DNA of 64,000 nucleotides from Octopus bimaculoides. Taxonomy: Eukaryota. Every line of letters starts with the position of its first letter. Position 1 is the stretch's first letter. The notes below the pieces were generated by a model. The model had not been told where the DNA came from, searched no databases, and was given only the letters and a program-made list of their open reading frames with translations. Both the position numbers and the translations under genes were made by a program. The stretch is from the NCBI RefSeq assembly GCF_001194135.2, contig NC_068982.1, positions 49,616,348 through 49,680,347 of the forward strand. The letters are read 5' to 3'. Shown piece after piece: positions 1-12,964 of this stretch.

Positions 1-285
1 ACAATTGCGATTAGTTTTTAATTTATGTGTCTGTATCATTCATTTGAAATCAGATGAAGAATTAATTTCAACAAATTACTTTCAGAAGAGGAATTAATTT
101 CCAACTCTCTTGGCATGAAGGTCTTTAACTTCTAATATTGAACATTAATATCATAAAATTATCTGAAGTTGACTTTTTATTTGATGTTAGGTCTTGTGCA
201 ATAATGTTTGGTACAAGAGAACAGAATAAAGCTCACTTGGATTGGACTTTAATATCTATACTTCAGTTTAAAGCTCTGTCAGTGA

Positions 286-298
286 GATGATGATGATA

Positions 299-348
<50 letters not shown>

Positions 349-377
349 AATGATGATGATGATGATGATGATGATTA
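286..377. repeat. (GAT)n microsatellite
   Basis: Direct reading of tandem GAT/AAT triplets. Confidence 0.95.
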
Positions 378-411
378 GGGATTTAAAAAAAAATTAATGT
401 GCAAGTTATTT

Positions 412-617
412 GGCAACAGCACTAGCGCTGGTGGTATAAAAATGATGCACCCAGTACACACTGTAAAGTGGTTGGTATTAGGACGGGAATCCGGCCATAG
501 AAACCAGGCTGACACAGTACATGATGCAACCCTGTGACTCACCAGATCCTGTCAACCTGTCCAACCCAGGTCAGCATCAAAAATGTATGTTAAATGATAA
601 CGATAATGATGATGATT
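412..617 (+). mobile_element. Family B retroposon 3' part with (GAT)n tail
   Basis: Shares GCACCCAGTACAC..TGTAAAGTGGTTGG..TTAGGA.GGG.ATCC and CCAACCCA..CAGCAT..AAAA..GTTAAATGATGAT with copies at 3285, 6260, 9283, 32577, 43988, 45057, 55068 and 62917. Confidence 0.8.
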
Positions 618-1243
618 AGAATGATGATGGTGACAATGACAACTAAGTGTAGCATCCCTGAACAATGCAGGTGTTCTCGAAATTGGTGAGACTGGTGCAG
701 CTGATGATACCTAGCCTGAATGGCTGCAGGTCAAAGCTTGCAGGAAATCCATTTTTACATATGAATATTGCTCTGGGGAGGTAAACTAAAACATTCTTTA
801 TTAGCACACGCACACACAGTGCATACAAATGAATCTAGATCTGCCAAGTTTGATTATGTGACTGATACAATTTAGTTCAGACTCCTGATATTATATACAA
901 TTCAATTATGGCAATTCCAGTAAAATTGTTGCAAATTCAATGATAATTACTTTCTCTGTGATGATAGTAATTGGAATGACAAGCCAAACAGGTGACATTA
1001 TGATGGATATGGTATGATTTTAATACTTCTACATCAGTTTAAAGCTCTTCGTGTGAACTATAGTGAATAGGCACAGAAAAATCTGTCTTCAGATTTTAAT
1101 AAACAGCTGGAAGCATGGTTCTCATCCATGTGCTCTTAGATACATTCCTTTTGCATGGCACCTTGGGGAAAATGCCTTCTACTCTAGCCCTAAGGTGACC
1201 AGGTCAATGAAAACTGTAAGAAACCCTCCATGTGTATATATAT

Positions 1244-1409
1244 ATTCTTTTACTTTTACCTGTTTCGGTCATTAGGCTATGACCATGCCGGGGCACTCCT
1301 TGAATTTTTAGGTGATTGAATCAATCTCAGTACTTATTTTTTATTCTATTGGTCACTAAGTGACAGGGATGTAACTTAGTTGTCAAGCGGTGATGGGGGA
1401 CGAACACAG

Positions 1410-1479
<70 letters not shown>

Positions 1480-1639
1480 GACAAACTTCTTTCAGTTTAC
1501 ATCTACCAAATCCACTCACAAGGCTTTGGTCAGCCCAAGGTTAAAGTAGAAGGCACTTGCCCAAGGTGTCATGCAGTGGGACTGAACCTGGAACCATGTG
1601 GTTGGGAAGCAAGCTTCTTACCACACAGCTACTCCTATA
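1244..1639 (-). mobile_element. Family A tRNA-derived SINE, full length, with internal (CA)n(TA)n
   Basis: Reverse complement of the well-preserved copy at 54505-54909, from head to GAAACAAGTAAAAGA tail. Confidence 0.9.
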
Positions 1640-2168
1640 CTTATACATACACACACAATTCAATTATGGTAATTCCAATAAATTGTTTCAAATTCAATGA
1701 TAATTACTTTCTCTGTGTGAGCACGTGTGGCAAACCACGTATGTGCATATGCTTATATCCTTGTGTAAGTTTGTACGAGTGGATGTACATGCACCATACA
1801 ACATAAGTGAGAGCATTTATACATCCATATTTGCTAAAGGTTGTATTTAGTTTTTTTTTTTCTTGCTACACTGTGTATTTGTTTCTTTTCACATCTGGTT
1901 TTTCTTTATCTTCTATAATAATGAAGCTGTCCCCCATAATTTGCTGCTTTTGTACACACATATTGAAAAGAAAACTTGCAGAACAGATGTTATTTTAATG
2001 AGATACATTTTGTAATCACCTGAAGGGACACATCTAAACTAACAGATACTCCTAAACCAGTTGTTCAATATCCCACCCATGAGAGATCGATGCTAGATGG
2101 GTCAAAACAATTGTGGTGATCAATACATTCTCTCATATCTTTTATCTTCTCCCTCTCTAATTTATGTA

Positions 2169-2228
<60 letters not shown>

Positions 2229-2230
<2 letters not shown>

Positions 2231-2551
2231 TGCAAGGGTTGGTGTGTGGCAAGAAGCTTGCTTCCCAACCACATGGTTCTGGGTCCAGTCCCACTGCGTG
2301 GCACCTTGGGCAAATGTCTTCTATTATAGCCTCCAGCCAACCAAAGCCTTGCGAGTGGATCTGATAGATGGAAATTGAAAGAAGCCTGTCATATATATAT
2401 CTATGTGTGCGTGTGTCTGTGTTTCTCCCTTCGCCCCATCACCACATGACAACCACTGTTGGTGTGTTTATGTCCTCATAACTTAGAGGTTCAGCAAAAG
2501 AGACCGATAAAATAAGTACCAGGCTTAAAAAATAAGTACTGGGATCAATTC
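2229..2551 (+). mobile_element. Family A SINE, 3'-truncated
   Basis: A-box-like TGGTGTGTGG, B-box-like GGGTCCAGTCCC, GCACCTTGGGCAAATGTCTTC core; starts inside (TA)n. Confidence 0.9.
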
Positions 2552-3284
2552 ATATATGTATATATATATATATAGGTATGGTGATGCAAACAGGAAAAAT
2601 AGAACTCAAAATATGAGTAAATGTCAACTTTTATTAATATTAAGTAGAAACAACACAGTGACTCTATCAAACTAGTTTTGATAAGCGCCAACGTATGAAA
2701 CTGTCAGACCTTGAGTCACTCTGTTACTTCTGCTATATATATATATATACACACACACACATACACACACGCATACATATAAATGCATACACCCAAACAC
2801 AAATATATATATCATAAATCAATATCATGTAGAACAAATGATCAATATTCTTTTTAGCATTGCCTGATCCAGAGATCACATGCTGAAGATGGAAAAAAAA
2901 ATTGAAAAGAAAATTTCCTTGCAGCATGATTTACAGTAATATCATATGAACAAAAGCAAAAATATATGTGTGTGTGTGTGTTCTGATTTATGATGCTATG
3001 CATTTGGGAACTTAAAAATATTGCAACTAAGACACAAAATAATATTAACAGGATGTAGCTTTGATCTTGTAAAATACTTAGAAAGAACTGACTGAGTGAA
3101 TTAGTTGATGGTGAGAATGGATGGTTAGGTGAATATGATAGTGGATAACATACTTAGTTGTTTATGACAGGTACTGCCAATCCAATTGTTCCTAACAAAA
3201 GAGAGACTGGAGCTACTGGGGTAGAGGCCACATTCAGAAGAGGTGGCTTTTTCCTTTTTCCAGTTCTTTTCTTGTCTTGGTGAC

Positions 3285-3483
3285 CTCAGTAGTGGTGGTG
3301 GCACAAAGAAAGCATCCAGTACACTTTGTAAAGTAGGTGTCATTAGGAAGGGCATCTAGCCATAGAAACCACACCAAAACTGACACTAGAGGCTGATGCA
3401 GCCCTGTAGCTCACCACATCTTCTCAAACCTTCCAACCCATGCCAGCATGGAAAATGGATTTTAGATGACAATGATGATGATG
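3285..3483 (+). mobile_element. Family B retroposon 3' part
   Basis: ATTAGGAAGGGCATCTAGCCATAGAAACC...CCAACCCATGCCAGCATGGAAAATGG followed by GATGAT tail. Confidence 0.85.
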
Positions 3484-4685
3484 TGGCCACTCAACCTTGT
3501 TTCAATAATAATACAGGTGTTTGTAGCTAAAACTGTAATTATTGGCCACTATAAAACCTTTTCACAATGTAGAATCCCCTGGAAATAGTTATTATTCTGC
3601 ATGTAAACATTAAGAACTTTCTATTCTTTTGATTCCTAATCTGCTAATGTTCTATAAAGAAATGAAAAAACCAACAAACACATTCCTTGGATTTACACTA
3701 GACTGTAATTACTTCCATAATTAATGAAGTGTCTCGCTTTATAAAATGTATAATTAACAAGTCACAGGTTATGCTATGCTGATAATTTCTAAAAAGAATA
3801 AAATGATGCTATACAAGATTTATCAGATACTAGAAATTTTTTTAAACTTTGTAATAAGTAAACAGAAAAAACTAAAAGAAAAATAGATATGTGACTTCTA
3901 TGCATCTTTTTTTCTTATAATTCTTTAATAACAGTGTAGTAGTTTACATTCTCAGTTCAAATTTGTTATAGCAGAGACTGCCAGAGGAACCATGTGTGTT
4001 TAAATATCCTTTAAAATCTTTTTTTCTTTTTTCTTTTTAAAGAAAGGACACACTGGATGGTGTAGCTGTGGCTAGATTATGCTTAAAAACACAATAAAGC
4101 AGTCACTACTAGAATACTTTTGACTTTAGGCCTACTGCTCACCTAAAGCTAAACAACAACTCATTTGATTCTCAACAACCCCCACCCATACCCACTTGAC
4201 TCTCAAAAACTTCAGTTAGTACACCTAAATGGAAATGGATACTGCAAAGCAAGAAAACTAACTGTGAATATCTGTGCAGGCACTGTAAATTTGACAAGTG
4301 TCTTTTCAGCTTGCAGTATTGAGGTAACATATGCATGTAAGTATACACTGGAGATGGACAGTTTCTGCCAAGAAGTCAGGATATCATGTTGTGCATCTAA
4401 ACAAGTCAGGTGAATCTGATTCAATTAGATGTGCTACATGAAAATGAAATCTTCAGTAGGTAGAGACCCAAGGATGCAATGGGTCACATAACTTACCATT
4501 TACCAGTCACTGAATTGGATTAAGGGTCAGTATTTCAACAACAGTATTACAATTATGGTAATAATTTTGGTGGGTGGATTTGTTTCTCACCTACTTTACA
4601 TGCTACCGTGAAAATATAGTATCTCATAATACAACTGAAAATGCTGAGCACTATAAATCCCCACCACCACCACTACTACTACCAA

Positions 4686-5490
4686 GGTGAAAAACTAGCA
4701 AAAGTGTTATGGCATCAGACAGCAGTATTTTGTCTTTCTTTACATTATCAATTCAAATTCCACCAAAGTTGATTTTGTTTTTTGGGGTTAAAAAGTAAGT
4801 GAGAGTTGACTACTATTCTCCTCCCCACCAAATTTTGGTCCTTGAGCCTATAATTGAAATGAAAGGAGTATCATTATTACCATTATTATTATTAAGAAAA
4901 GCAGCAAGCTGACAGAATCATTAGCATGTCAGGCAAAATACTTAGCACCATTTCAACCATCCTTACATTCCAAGTTCAAATTATGCTGAAGCCGATTTTG
5001 CCTTTCGACTTTTCAGGGTCAATGAAATAAGTACCAGTTATAGACTGGGGTCTATGTAATTGACTAGTTCACTCCCTTGAAGTTTCAGGCAAAAGGCTTA
5101 GTGTACTTTGCCTGTCTTTACGTTCTGAGTTCAAATTCAACTGAGGTCAACTTCACCTTTCCTCCTTTCAGGGTTAATAAAATAAGTTTTGATGTCAATG
5201 TAATTGACTATCTTCCTCCCACCAAAATTTTGGGCCATGTACCTATAGTAGCATTATTATTATCATTATCATTAGGTGGCGAGCTGGCAGAATCATAAGC
5301 ACACTGGGAGAAATCCTGTCACTGTGTTCTGAGTTCAAATTCTGCCGAGGTTGACTTTGCCTTTCATCCTTTCAGGGTTGATGAAATAAATACCAGTCGA
5401 GTGCTGGTGTCAATGTAATCGGCTAGTCCCCTCCTTCAAATTTCAGGCTTTGTGCTTATAGGAGAAAGGATTATTATTATTATTATTCAT
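4686..5490 (+). mobile_element. Head-to-tail cluster of four family C SINEs (Deu/Nin-domain-like) with (ATT)n tails
   Basis: Repeated GAGCTGGCAGAATC..TTAGCA / TTCTGAGTTCAAATT / TTTGCCTTTCATCCTTTCAGGGTTGATGAAATAA.TACCAGT blocks separated by ATT runs. The CCTTTCATCCTTTC.GGG.GAT.AAATAAGTACC block resembles the Deu/Nin SINE domain as I recall it. Confidence 0.85.
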
Positions 5491-6055
5491 AAAAAACATC
5501 AGGGAATATTTATGGCTATCAGTTGATGGTCAATTGAAAATCAAACCACATTCATAGAAGACTCTCCATGTTTATAAAATCTTTAGAAACACTATAATTT
5601 CATATCAGACATTTAGTAAATAAGATAATTTTGCATACAAATTCTTACTGCTTTTCAGTCAACTAGAAATCATCCACAAAGACAGTAAAACAAACATCAC
5701 ATTTAGAGCCAATTCTGATTTTGAGATTAATCTTAAATAGAATTGCTAGATCACAAACATGTCTGGTTTTCTTATGATAATTAATAAATAAAAACTTAAA
5801 ATACATTTCTCCTCTTGTGTCCTTAACGCTAGCAACCGGGGTCTGATAAGTCTACAAATTTAGATATCTAGATTTGAATTGTTAAAGCAAGCATTTTACT
5901 GTGATATGAAGTTGCTCGTGTTAAACATCATACTATATCAATTGTGTTGAGTCCTTGTGTAAATAAATGATTTGTTTAACAACTTGCTTTAATCCCACTT
6001 TTCAGTTGAGAAGTTAGCAGTAAGGTGTTATTGTTTAACCTTGAAACAATCCAGA

Positions 6056-6247
6056 TTAACCTTTTAACATTCAAGTGACCCTGTCAAATATAAAACTTGT
6101 TTATCCACATTGTTTTGTATAGGTGTGGTTGTTTATTATTTAACATGATATTGTAGAGTAGGCATGAAATATCAGGCATGACCAGTTTGAACATAAAACA
6201 AGTATAATATCTGGGATGGATATGACTGGTTTAAGTGCTAGAGTTAA
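6056..6247. mobile_element. TTAA-flanked MITE (piggyBac-type termini), family F
   Basis: TTAA|CCTTTTAACATT ... AGTGCTAGAG|TTAA; homologous to copies at 12965 and 41296. Confidence 0.7.
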
Positions 6248-6259
6248 GTAAACTAGGAT

Positions 6260-6525
6260 CAAAAAGCATTCCAGCTGTGACCACCACTGTGCTGAAGTGC
6301 CATAATACTCCTCAACGTCAACTGGTGATGGTGTTACATATAAGTGCCACATAAAAAGCACCCAGTACACTATGTAAAGTGGTTGACATTAGTAAGGGCA
6401 TCCAACTGTACAAACCAAGTTAAAACAGATTATAGAACTTGGTGTGGCCCCTGGCCTTGCCAGATCTTGTCAAGCCATCCAGCCCATACCAGAATGGAAA
6501 ATGAACATTAAATGAGGATGATGAA
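6260..6525 (+). mobile_element. Family B retroposon
   Basis: CACATAAAAAGCACCCAGTACACTATGTAAAGTGGTTG...CATTAAATGAGGATGATG. Confidence 0.85.
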
Positions 6526-7807
6526 ACCGAAAATACCTACAAAATCAGAAAACATTACTGGAAAACAAATTAGTAGGAATCAACTAATGCTGCAAGATAA
6601 AAATATATATTTAACTTTGCTCTAAAATAATTTTCTGCATAGAGTAAGATGAACAGTACATTTTTATTAGAAATTAATTTCTGTTTTATGGCTTCCAACA
6701 TAATTTTTCTCAAACTTAAGCTCTAGATTGTAGCTAATTTTTATGACAATTTATTTTTCTGTTCATCACATAGTGAAGAGGGAGAGATATATTCATTATC
6801 CTTTTTGAGTACACGTCCCTCCCTTCCACCTACAGTTTGAGGAAAATATCTTCAAATTATAGACCTGACCCATATGCTTGCAATAAAGTGGATTCTGCTA
6901 AAGGTACTCAAAGCTCAGGCAGTGAGATACAATAAAGAAAAATGGGACACATCTTCCACCCAAGCAAATCAAGACTATTGGTATGATAGCAACCTGTCCT
7001 ACCTTGTTAGTTTTACTGTACACACAATATATTTCATTTCTGATGCAACTAGAAATTCATAAAAGATGATTTATCAACAAATGTTTATTTTAGTTTGATC
7101 AAAAAACACTTTGTCTCCTTCATATTTCTATTCTTCTGAATTCAACCCCTCCACTTTGTCAGGAAATAAAGTGAAAATTATGTGTAATTCAGTTAGTACT
7201 CAGACGCAAATGACCACTCTTACAAATTCTTTTGTTACTACTTAAGGACGAAATAACAATGAATTTATAGTGATAATGACATTTACACTGTGCAGCGGAA
7301 GATATCAAAACTGTAAAAATCCACTAGACTGTCATAAAAGGAACCAATCATTTGAATGGAACATTTAACCTCGAGGTTTCAAAATGAAGTAAAACTGTGA
7401 AACTGTGATTGGTCATTGTACCAATGACAATACGCATTGCAAATAACTAATCAGGTGTGTTAAAGCAATAAATATTGAACAACGGTTCTGTCGAGCTGAG
7501 AGTTTGATTTCACTAAACTTTAATTAAGGTATAGTCTAACTCTACAATAAACAGGATTAAACTGTAATATCTTTCATAGAAAGAGCACATATTCTCTTCA
7601 TTTGTATAGTAATTGTAGTATCTTATTAGCTTCTAGATTAAATTGGGTTGCTCTGAGAACTAATTTATAAAAAAAAGCCTAACCATACACATATATATTT
7701 ATATGTGTGTATGTGCATGTATATATAAATGCATATATATGTGTGTGTGTGTGTGTATGTATATCATTCTATCTATCTATCTGTGTCTGGCTCTCTTTCT
7801 CTATCTC

Positions 7808-7849
<42 letters not shown>

Positions 7850-8335
7850 NNNNNNNNNNNNNNNNNNNNNNNNNNNNNNNNNNNNNNNNNNNNNNNNNNN
7901 NNNNNNNNNNNNNNNNNNNNNNNNNNNNNNNNNNNNNNNNNNNNNNNNNNNNNNNNNNNNNNNNNNNNNNNNNNNNNNNNNNNNNNNNNNNNNNNNNNNN
8001 NNNNNNNNNNNNNNNNNNNNNNNNNNNNNNNNNNNNNNNNNNNNNNNNNNNNNNNNNNNNNNNNNNNNNNNNNNNNNNNNNNNNNNNNNNNNNNNNNNNN
8101 NNNNNNNNNNNNNNNNNNNNNNNNNNNNNNNNNNNNNNNNNNNNNNNNNNNNNNNNNNNNNNNNNNNNNNNNNNNNNNNNNNNNNNNNNNNNNNNNNNNN
8201 NNNNNNNNNNNNNNNNNNNNNNNNNNNNNNNNNNNNNNNNNNNNNNNNNNNNNNNNNNNNNNNNNNNNNNNNNNNNNNNNNNNNNNNNNNNNNNNNNNNN
8301 NNNNNNNNNNNNNNNNNNNNNNNNNNNNNNNNNNN

Positions 8336-8384
<49 letters not shown>

Positions 8385-9149
8385 CACATATATATATATA
8401 CACACATACATATAAGGCATATGAACGTATATGTATGTATATATAAATGTACATATAAATATGTGTGTGTATGTATATTATCTGTGTATGTGTATATATA
8501 TATATATATATGTATGTATATCTACCAATCTATCTATTTATCTCTCTCTTTTTGCATGTGTGTGTGTATATTAACCAAACATTGTCAGTTATTACTATAG
8601 CAGTATATAAATTTAATGTTTATGTCAGTCGTGCAAATCATAGAATTAGTGCACCCATAGAATTTATACAAGGAATAGATTTTATTCTTTCACAGTAGTT
8701 TATAGGTACCAATTTTGATACTTTGCTACTTGATTTGGGATAAATGGAATTCATTATCAATTCACACATTTTAAAACATTATTCGATATTTTTTGACCAG
8801 AAATTTCATTTTATTTAATTTCGTAATTTCAATCAATCATAATTATATTGTAAAAAACAATTTCTCTAAAATACAAGGGAAATAAATATAACAGTCATAG
8901 AAACAAGCATTTTTGCACTTAGAAGAAGCATTTTTATTCTTTGGAGTTATTGCTGTCATTATATACAACATCGTTTTGTTGATGTTGACTATATGTGTGT
9001 ACATATATATCTTTGTATGCATATATGTATGGACATATACGCACATACATGTACAGATTTTGAATATTTCATGTATTATATTAATAGATCTTGTTATGAC
9101 AATTTGATTAGCAGCATTTGAAATTTGTACGAGAGCCAATAGCATTGTT

Positions 9150-9420
9150 GCTGAATGACATGGTTTCATGTTCAATCTCACTGCATGGCACTTTGGGCAA
9201 CTGTGTTCGACTATAGCTCTGGGCTAACCAAAGTCTTCTGAGTGGATCTAGTAGACAGAAGCTGAAAAAAAGGCTATCATATCATCATCGACATTCATCA
9301 TTCATTTTCCATGCTGGCATGGGTCGGATGACTTGACAGGAACTGGCAAGGTCAGGAGCCACACCAAGTTCCCTAGTTTTGCTCTTTCTAATGCCAACCA
9401 CTTTACAGACATAAAGACAT

Positions 9421-9477
<57 letters not shown>

Positions 9478-10205
9478 TATATACATACATACATACAACA
9501 GGCTTCTTTCAGATTCCATCTACCAAATCTACTCACAAGGTTTTTGGTTGGCCCAAAGCTATAGTAAAAGACACTTGGCCAAGGTGCCACGCAGTAGGAC
9601 TGAACCCTGAACCATGTGGTTAAGGAGACAAACTTCTTACCACACATCCACACCTGTGCCTAGTAGCTTATGTTTCTTCATATTATGCACAATTTTGGAT
9701 TTAAAACAGAAGATACAGCAGATTTGGACACAAGAGATAATCTCACATAAACACAAGAATTTGGTTGAAAATATGCCTGACTGTAATGTGTTGGAAACAA
9801 AGGGGTTATATCAAATACTGAGCAATATGACATTGCTTATTTGCTTATTCTTTTACTTGTTTCAGTCATGTGACTGCAGCCATGCTGGAGCACCACCTTT
9901 AAGAGTTTTATTCAAACAAATCGACCCCAGGATTTACTTCTTAAGCCTAGCACTTATTCTATTGGTCCCTTTTGCTGAACCGCTATAATCAGGGATGTAA
10001 ACACATCAACACCGGTTGTCAAGCAGTGATCGGGGGACAAACACAGGCACAAAGATACACACACACACACACATGTACATATATATGACAAGCTTCTTTC
10101 AGTTTCCATTTACCAAATCCACTCACAGGGCTTTGTTTAGCCTGTGGCTATAGAAGAAGACACTTGCCCAAGGTGCTGTGTAGTGGGACTGAACCTGGAA
10201 CCATA
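9150..10205. mobile_element. SINE cluster: A(+) 5' half 9150-9282, B(-) 9283-9410, A(-) 9495-9660, A(-) 9846-10205
   Basis: Blocks match families A and B in the stated orientations. Confidence 0.85.
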
Positions 10206-10359
10206 CTTTTGTGTACCATTCTCATTTTATCTGCTTGTTTTGTTATGCAATACATTCCTTGGGTTTCCAGCATTATCAATTACAGTATACAACACTATAT
10301 CTACCTGTGTATTCGGATTCTTGATCAGTTCTGTATGTATGTATGGATATCTCTCTCTC

Positions 10360-10402
<43 letters not shown>

Positions 10403-11342
10403 GTGTGTATGTGCACATACAACCCAATCAGTGTGTTTTGACTTTTTAGTGTTTTTAAACCTTGACTGCACCATTTAATTGGTTGGATGGATAGATGGAT
10501 GGATGGATTAATAAGTCAAATTCTCTCGACTCACAGAAAAAGTTTTTTCTTTTTCTTAATCTACCATTCCTACTGCAATATATCACAACAAGCCATTTAA
10601 CCCTGCTGAAGTCTGTCAGGATTGTAAATTGGATCCCAGGAGAAATATATCGCTCCAGTCCAGTTTTATAATTGATAAGCAGTAAGACGCTTTCAACATT
10701 GAGATTGAATCCCTACAAGTCAGATTTAGACACACGCACACACACATATGAATGAATTTCCTGCTCACAGAGGTGGTTTCTGATCAGTTTGACACCTTTC
10801 CCAACAGACTAATCTCTTTGACTGTAAAGAAGAGTGTTTCTTCTTACTGTGTGTGCTTGAAACAATGCAAAATTAAACATGAAAAACTGAAAAAAAAAAC
10901 AGAAAAAAATTATGTAGCTATCAATCACTGGTGGATAATCTTGGATTGATAATCATGGAACAGGGAATGCAATAAGGTAATCCCTAGTATGTGAGTATGT
11001 GTGCCTGTGCACACGTGAACAAGCATGGCAGTAGGTATACGAATGTACACTAAGGAATAGACAGAGGCAGGGGAGGAGAGAGAAAGAGAAAAATGGAATT
11101 TGAGTGTGTGTGCATATGCATACTGTGTGCTAGGGAGATGTTATTTTGAACTTACGCTACCATAATACATTTTGAATGAGTGCAAAGTGAGCAAAATAAT
11201 TTAAGAATGAGTAAATAACCAAGTTGTTTTTTCTTCTTTTTATTGTTGCTTTCTATCTTAATGAATGAGACTTAAATTAAAATTTATCAAAAGGTATAAT
11301 TTCTAGAACAATAACGAAAGAACTACTAATATTATTATTATT

Positions 11343-11885
11343 GTGGTGAGCTAGCAGAATCATTAGTAAGCAGGCAAAATGCTTAGCGGTCCTTCGCCCA
11401 TCACTACATTCTGAGTTCAAATTCCACTGATGAGAGAGAGTGAAGAGGGAGGGAGAGAGAGAGAGAGATAATACAGTTGTCTGCATGGTTTAAGACCACA
11501 ACCTGGTACCTTGTACACCTTTTTCTGGGTCCACTTTGTTGCAAGCTTTCAGGCTAAGAGTAAAGATTGTTTGCCAACATAACATGGCAGCCCTAGTTTA
11601 GGACGAATGTAACTGTTATTTAGCCCCAGGAGACATTGTCTCCAGCTGGCTATACGACACAATCTGTGTCCTTATATTTTCGAACAAGGGAATCTAGCAC
11701 CCCCACTCAGCACAAAAGAATATCTGTCTATCACGATTTCTGGGTTATTTCTCTTCATCAGTACAGAATAATTGTTCAGCTAGATAATTATTCTGTGCTG
11801 ATGAAGGGGAATAACCCGGAAATCCCTTCCCCCGAAATTGCTGCCTTTGTGGCAAAATTTGAAACCATTATTATTATTATAATTA
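11343..11885 (+). mobile_element. Family C SINE split by a ~390-bp insertion (5' part to ~11428, 3' part from ~11822)
   Basis: GGTGAGCTAGCAGAATCATTAG...GAGTTCAAATTCC, then unrelated sequence, then CCCCCGAAATTGCTG...AAAATTTGAAACC(ATT)n. The central domain is missing. Confidence 0.75.
11735..11824. ncRNA. Inverted duplication of a hammerhead-ribozyme-like motif (39-bp arms, 12-nt loop)
   Basis: Arms 11735-11773 and 11786-11824 are 35/39 identical. Each reads outward TCTGT(A/G) CTGATGA A G(A/G)G(A/G)AATAACCC(A/G) GAAATC. Confidence 0.5.
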
Positions 11886-12724
11886 TCATCATTAGTAGTA
11901 GTAGTAGTAGCAGCAGCAGCACTGATACAATGGTGAAACGTGAATCCTTAGAAGGACTTATGTTATATTCTTAGTAGATACATTTTATTAATTATTTTCA
12001 TATATACTTTTAACTGTGAATAGGTCTTCTATAGTAAAAACTGAGAGTATTTTCCTGAACAGAATATGAAAAATATATTGCCAGTGAAAGATCTCAAATA
12101 TTTCAACAAATTAAAAAAAAGAAAGAAAAAAGTATGTGTGCTAGAGATTAATTCCATTTAAAATAAATTCACATAATAAGGAAACTAAACTCATTAAAGC
12201 TAAAATAATTGAAGAGATGAATCACAGAGTGGAGCCATTAAGTTAACATCTACAGGCGAGATAGAGTAGAATTAAATGAGTTATGGAGAAGAAAGAAGGG
12301 AAACGTACTAATGTTCATCCAATAATAAACAAGACCGTTTATTAGCTTTTGTAGAAGACAAGGAATGAAGAGAGATGAGAAATTTGAGATGAAAACTGAT
12401 AGTTAAGGGAAAAGATATTAAGTTAAGATAGTTTGAAGATGAGATTACAGGCAAGTGAATCTAAAATTATTCAACAAAATTGCATTGTGGTTTGGTTTAT
12501 TTCCAAAATTGATTGTACTTTAGATAAATCTTAGTAGAAAATCATGCATTACAATCAATAAGGTTGAATTCTACATAAAAATACTCATATACAAGACTAA
12601 GCTAATATCCTGACCACATTAAGCTGATCAAAACAGAAAGAAAAAGAAAAAAAGAAAAACAAAAATTCACAAAAGCTCTAAACCAAACCTGCCAGAATCT
12701 AAACTCCAACGTCGATTCAGAGTT

Positions 12725-12870
12725 TGATAAGGTAGAAAACTGGCAGAAAATGTTAGAATGTAGGGTAACTATTTTTTTTTTTCTTTTTTTGCATGTTCTG
12801 AGCTGAAATCCTACTTTGGTCAACTTTGCCTTTCATCCTTTCATGGTTGATAAAATATAGTACCAGTCCA
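12725..12870 (+). mobile_element. Family C SINE, degenerate
   Basis: AACTGGCAGAA...GTTCTGAG...CAACTTTGCCTTTCATCCTTTCATGGTTGATAAAATATAGTACCAGT. Confidence 0.75.
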
Positions 12871-12964
12871 AGGCTGTGGATTGGCAAAGTTGGTAGAGCA
12901 TCAGATAACACGCTATGTGATATTTGTTCAAGCTCTTTGCATTCTGACTTCTCGTGTGGTAGAC

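Noticed and set aside
4165-4413. ORF with YCKARKLTVN resembling an RT C-terminal motif
   Set aside because: Single short resemblance with no other RT motifs.
7703-8600. Long ORFs spanning gaps and microsatellites (also 23473-24012, 27154-27594, 31462-32107, 39826-40707, 41842-42929, 53090-53747, 58167-58850)
   Set aside because: Translations are YI/HT/CV dipeptide runs or X from N-gaps; artefacts.
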